DNA of 35,008 nt, from NCBI GenBank assembly GCA_028690255.1, contig JAQVBP010000005.1:1-35008 (forward strand), in the 5' to 3' direction. The stretch comes from Methanosarcinaceae archaeon (GTDB taxonomy: Archaea > Halobacteriota > Methanosarcinia > Methanosarcinales > Methanosarcinaceae). A model generated the notes under the pieces. The model searched no databases. It had not been told where the DNA came from and saw only the letters and a program-made list of their open reading frames with translations. Both the position numbers and the translations under genes were made by a program. Below, one piece after another: positions 32,118 through 35,008 of this stretch (positions within the stretch are counted from its first letter, which is position 1; each line of letters begins with the position of its first letter).

Positions 32118-34238
32118 ATGAAACTTCCGTCCATAAATATAAAAAAACATAATTGCTGCAGCAGCAAACCATGCCCCTCCGGTGAGTTACAAAAAATAAT
32201 TCTGGTCGGGAACCCGAACGTAGGCAAAAGCAGCCTGTTCAACTCTCTTTCAGAAAGTTATGCAATGGTCTCCAATTATCCCGGCACCTCTGTGGAAATT
32301 AGCAGAGGAAAAGGAAAAATTGGAAACCGGGAATACGAAATAGTGGACACTCCCGGGATGTATTCCCTGCTCCCGGTAAGTGAAGAAGAAAAGGTCAGCA
32401 GGGACCTCCTTTTCGAAGATAAACCCCTGGTTTACCTGCACGTGGTAGACGCCAAAAACCTCCGGCGTATGCTCCCCCTCACACTGCAACTCCTTGAAGC
32501 AGGCCTCCCCGTTATCCTTGTCCTGAACATGATGGATGAAGCCGGGGAAAGGGGTATAATAATCGACTTTGAAAAACTCAGCCTGCTTCTGAAAATCCCG
32601 GTTGTCCCCACGGTTTCAAGCGAAGGGAAAGGCATTGAAGAGCTCAGAGAGACGATTAAAATTTTCAGGCCCGTTGAAGATTATGAAAGTTCAGGAGCAT
32701 TAACAGATTACAGCCTGGAAATTGAAGAAGCCCTTAAGGAAATTGAAAGCCGGCTGGAAGAAGAAGAAGAAGGTTTTTCAAAAAGAGCAATGGCACTTCT
32801 CCTCCTCCAACAGGACAGCCAGACCCTTGAAAAGGTAAAAACTGGGGACAAAGCTGAAGAAATAAAGGCCATGTCGGAGGAACTACGGAAAAAAAGCGAC
32901 CAGCCTTTCCAGTACCTTATTACTTTGCAGCGTCAGGAATCCGTAAACAGAATTTTAGACCGGGTTGTGGAAAGCCTGCCGGAAAACCCTGAAGCCGGAA
33001 AGGAGAAAAACGGAAAGGAAAAGAATACGGAAAAGGCGAAAAAACCCGGGATCTTTTTAAAGCAGAGGAAAAAAGCGGACCTGACCGGGAAAAAAATTGC
33101 GTTTGCGGAAAAGCTCGATTCCGTCCTCACCCATCCGGTCCTGGGAATCCCGGTGCTTTTTCTGGTCCTGTACTTCGGGCTCTACCGTTTTGTTGGAGTC
33201 TTTGCAGCCGGGACCGTGGTGGACTTTCTTGAAAACGTGGTCTTTGGGGAAACTATCAACCCCTGGGTCAGCACACAGTTCAGTACCCTCGTGCCCTATC
33301 CGATCATACAGGACCTTTTTGTGGGAGAATACGGAATTTTCACCCAGGCCGTGACATACGCCATCGCCCTGATCCTGCCCATAGTCGGGGCCTTTTTTCT
33401 GGTATTTTCCATCATCGAAGATACAGGATATCTGCCCCGGCTGGGGATGCTCATCGATAGCTCCTTTAAAAAGATAGGACTTTCCGGACGGGCGGTTATT
33501 CCTATGGTTTTAGGCTTTGGCTGCTCCACGATGGCAACAATGGTCACCCGGACCCTGGAGACCCGGAGGGAAAGGCTCATTGCAACCATCCTACTGGCAC
33601 TTGCCATCCCCTGTTCGGCACAGCTCGGAATCATCCTCTCTATCCTTTCGGTAACTCCCAAAGGCCTCCTGATCTGGGCTGGCGTAATCTGTCTGGAATT
33701 TGCCTTTGTGGGCTTTCTCGCAGCAAAACTGCTCCCGGGAAAAGAGCCGAGTTTCTTCATGGAACTTCCCCCACTTCGCAGACCCAGGCTTTCGAACATA
33801 GCCATAAAGACCTATTCAAGGATGCACTGGTACTTCCTGGAAGTCTTGCCCCTCTTCGTCCTGGCAAGCGTCCTGATCTGGATCGGAAGGCTTACCGGAC
33901 TTTTCGGGCTGGCTTTGAAAGTAATGGAATACCCCGCAGGCTGGATAGGGCTTCCCCAGGATACGGCTGTCGTTTTCCTATTCGGCTTTTTCAGACGGGA
34001 CTTCGGGGCGGCCGGACTTTATGATATGTATGACACAGGCCTCCTTTCAGGGGTGCAGCTTGTGGTTGCTGCGGTTACTCTTACTCTCTTTATGCCCTGC
34101 ATTGCCCAGTTCATGATGACCGTAAAGGAAAGAGGGCTTAAAACGGCTCTCGCAATCTCGGGCTTCATCTTCCCCGCAGCCTTCCTGGCAGGCTTCGTTG
34201 TCAATACCGTGCTCAGCGTTCTCAAGGTGGTCATATGA
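32118..34238 (+). CDS. feoB: Ferrous iron transporter FeoB (G-domain plus membrane domain)
   Basis: 706 aa. G1 GNPNVGKSS, G3 DTPG, G4 NMMD. Polytopic C-terminal domain. Lys/Glu-rich linker insert (EKNGKEKNTEKAKK). Confidence 0.95.
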   Translation: MKLPSINIKKHNCCSSKPCPSGELQKIILVGNPNVGKSSLFNSLSESYAMVSNYPGTSVEISRGKGKIGNREYEIVDTPGMYSLLPVSEEEKVSRDLLFEDKPLVYLHVVDAKNLRRMLPLTLQLLEAGLPVILVLNMMDEAGERGIIIDFEKLSLLLKIPVVPTVSSEGKGIEELRETIKIFRPVEDYESSGALTDYSLEIEEALKEIESRLEEEEEGFSKRAMALLLLQQDSQTLEKVKTGDKAEEIKAMSEELRKKSDQPFQYLITLQRQESVNRILDRVVESLPENPEAGKEKNGKEKNTEKAKKPGIFLKQRKKADLTGKKIAFAEKLDSVLTHPVLGIPVLFLVLYFGLYRFVGVFAAGTVVDFLENVVFGETINPWVSTQFSTLVPYPIIQDLFVGEYGIFTQAVTYAIALILPIVGAFFLVFSIIEDTGYLPRLGMLIDSSFKKIGLSGRAVIPMVLGFGCSTMATMVTRTLETRRERLIATILLALAIPCSAQLGIILSILSVTPKGLLIWAGVICLEFAFVGFLAAKLLPGKEPSFFMELPPLRRPRLSNIAIKTYSRMHWYFLEVLPLFVLASVLIWIGRLTGLFGLALKVMEYPAGWIGLPQDTAVVFLFGFFRRDFGAAGLYDMYDTGLLSGVQLVVAAVTLTLFMPCIAQFMMTVKERGLKTALAISGFIFPAAFLAGFVVNTVLSVLKVVI

Positions 34239-34399
34239 AGTGCCCTCTCTGTGGTTGCGAGTTCGAAAAACCCGACGAAAGGACCTGTGCAGGCTGCGGA
34301 AAAATGCGACACTGCAATAAACACTGCTGTCCAAATTGCGGATATGAGCTGGTAAAGGAAACAAAATTAGTGCGCTTCATAAGGAGATTATTCGGATGA
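34235..34399 (+). CDS. Small Cys-rich zinc-ribbon protein (54 aa), below the ORF-track cutoff
   Basis: Hand translation MKCPLCGCEFEKPDERTCAGCGKMRHCNKHCCPNCGYELVKETKLVRFIRRLFG (10 Cys). ATGA overlaps with the feoB stop and the feoA start. Confidence 0.55.
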   Translation: MKCPLCGCEFEKPDERTCAGCGKMRHCNKHCCPNCGYELVKETKLVRFIRRLFG

Positions 34400-34752
34400 T
34401 AAAAAGAATTTTGAGGAAAATAAAGAGCGGGAAAGGAAGCAAAGAAAACAAAGAAAGCAAAGAAAGCAAAGGAAGCAAAGGAAGCAAAGGAAGCAATGAA
34501 TGCAGCGGGATCAAAGAAGTAACAGGAGGAAAGGGAACGCCTCTTCCCCTCATAAAACCTGGAAAAAAAGCAAAAATTTCCCACCTCGAAACAAAGGACC
34601 TGAAAGTTCTGCAAAAACTTATGGCAATGGGGGTTCTGCCCGGGATGCCCGTGACCCTTATAAGAAAATCTCCATCCTATGTTTTCGAGCTGGACCAGAC
34701 CAGATATGCCGTGGACAGGAACATCGCGGCCCATATATATGTGAGCTACTGA
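34396..34752 (+). CDS. feoA: FeoA-domain protein with a Lys/Ser/Glu repeat N-terminal extension
   Basis: 118 aa. The C-terminal ~75 aa (LQKLMAMGVLPGMPVTLIRKSPSYVFELDQTRYAVDRNIAAHIYV) is a FeoA SH3-like domain. Confidence 0.85.
   Translation: MIKRILRKIKSGKGSKENKESKESKGSKGSKGSNECSGIKEVTGGKGTPLPLIKPGKKAKISHLETKDLKVLQKLMAMGVLPGMPVTLIRKSPSYVFELDQTRYAVDRNIAAHIYVSY
34435..34497. repeat. 9-bp tandem repeat g(g/a)aa(g/a)caaa x7, in frame within feoA
   Basis: Read directly. Encodes KENKESKESKGSKGSKGS. Confidence 0.9.
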
Positions 34753-34874
34753 GGCCCAGGGAGTTTGAGACATTTTCTTTTCTCTCTACCTTTCCCCATT
34801 CTGCATTAGAAAACCTCTGCAAAACTCAGCAGACCTCACTCCATCTCATCTATCCACCCTTCTCACTCCCCCGC

Positions 34875-35008
34875 TCATTCTCCAACGTGCCTGACAATGT
34901 GCCCGGCCTCGGGGATTATGATTTCCCTCAGGGCCAGCCTTACGGCATTTGGAGAACCCGGAAGACAGAAGACGGCTTTTCCTTTCACAACTCCTGCGGC
35001 CGCCCGGG
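34875..35008 (-). CDS. moaB: C-terminal fragment of a MoaB/MogA-family molybdenum cofactor biosynthesis protein (runs off the window)
   Basis: Hand translation of the minus strand: RAAAGVVKGKAVFCLPGSPNAVRLALREIIIPEAGHIVRHVGE-stop. LPGSPxAV is the family C-terminal signature. Confidence 0.7.
   Translation of the reverse strand, partial: RAAAGVVKGKAVFCLPGSPNAVRLALREIIIPEAGHIVRHVGE

Overview
This window looks like an archaeal chromosome, Methanosarcinales-like. Evidence for that: an archaeal-type AlaRS, PurP, a Trm-G10-type THUMP methyltransferase and a DUF1724/FilR1-type regulator. By eye the core is about 50% GC. All coordinates, alignments and GC estimates here were made by hand. All family assignments are motif-level calls, not database hits.

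The housekeeping backbone carries an M24B prolidase, map, a DUF1805 protein, Trm-G10, truA, purP, leuD-leuB, an amidohydrolase, a C45-like hydrolase, alaS, a YhbY-like protein, feoB-feoA and a partial moaB. Three accessory segments interrupt it.

1. Positions 1-6750 hold an integrated element that ends at a tRNA 3' fragment.
- It encodes a rolling-circle HUH Rep with all three motifs, and a chain of five overlapping small genes (zinc ribbons, DUF6011-like, ASCH).
- It carries a very AT-rich cargo cassette: an ABC/SMC-type ATPase plus a DUF4435/TOPRIM-like protein, which resembles PARIS AriA/AriB.
- It also has a palindrome- and iteron-rich non-coding region.

2. Positions ~22730-25530 form an AT-rich island with two overlapping genes.
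- One is a class I SAM methyltransferase. The other is a 553-aa Cys-repeat protein.
- The 553-aa ORF ends in the only TAG stop in the window.
- Reading through that TAG in frame adds a second transmembrane helix, giving a CorA-like TM1-loop-TM2 tail. A long hairpin starts at the UAG.
- This is notable in a lineage expected to decode UAG as pyrrolysine.

3. Positions 25536-26860 hold a RelE/antitoxin cassette. It is bracketed by ~186-bp direct repeats of the 5' end of the adjacent methyltransferase gene, which looks like an integration scar.

The window is also unusually dense in short tandem repeats with 9-22 bp units, both inside genes and between them.

Upstream of feoB there is a twin TTAGG-N4-CCTAA palindrome. 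An ORF absent from the six-frame track (54 aa, 10 Cys) is translationally coupled between feoB and feoA.
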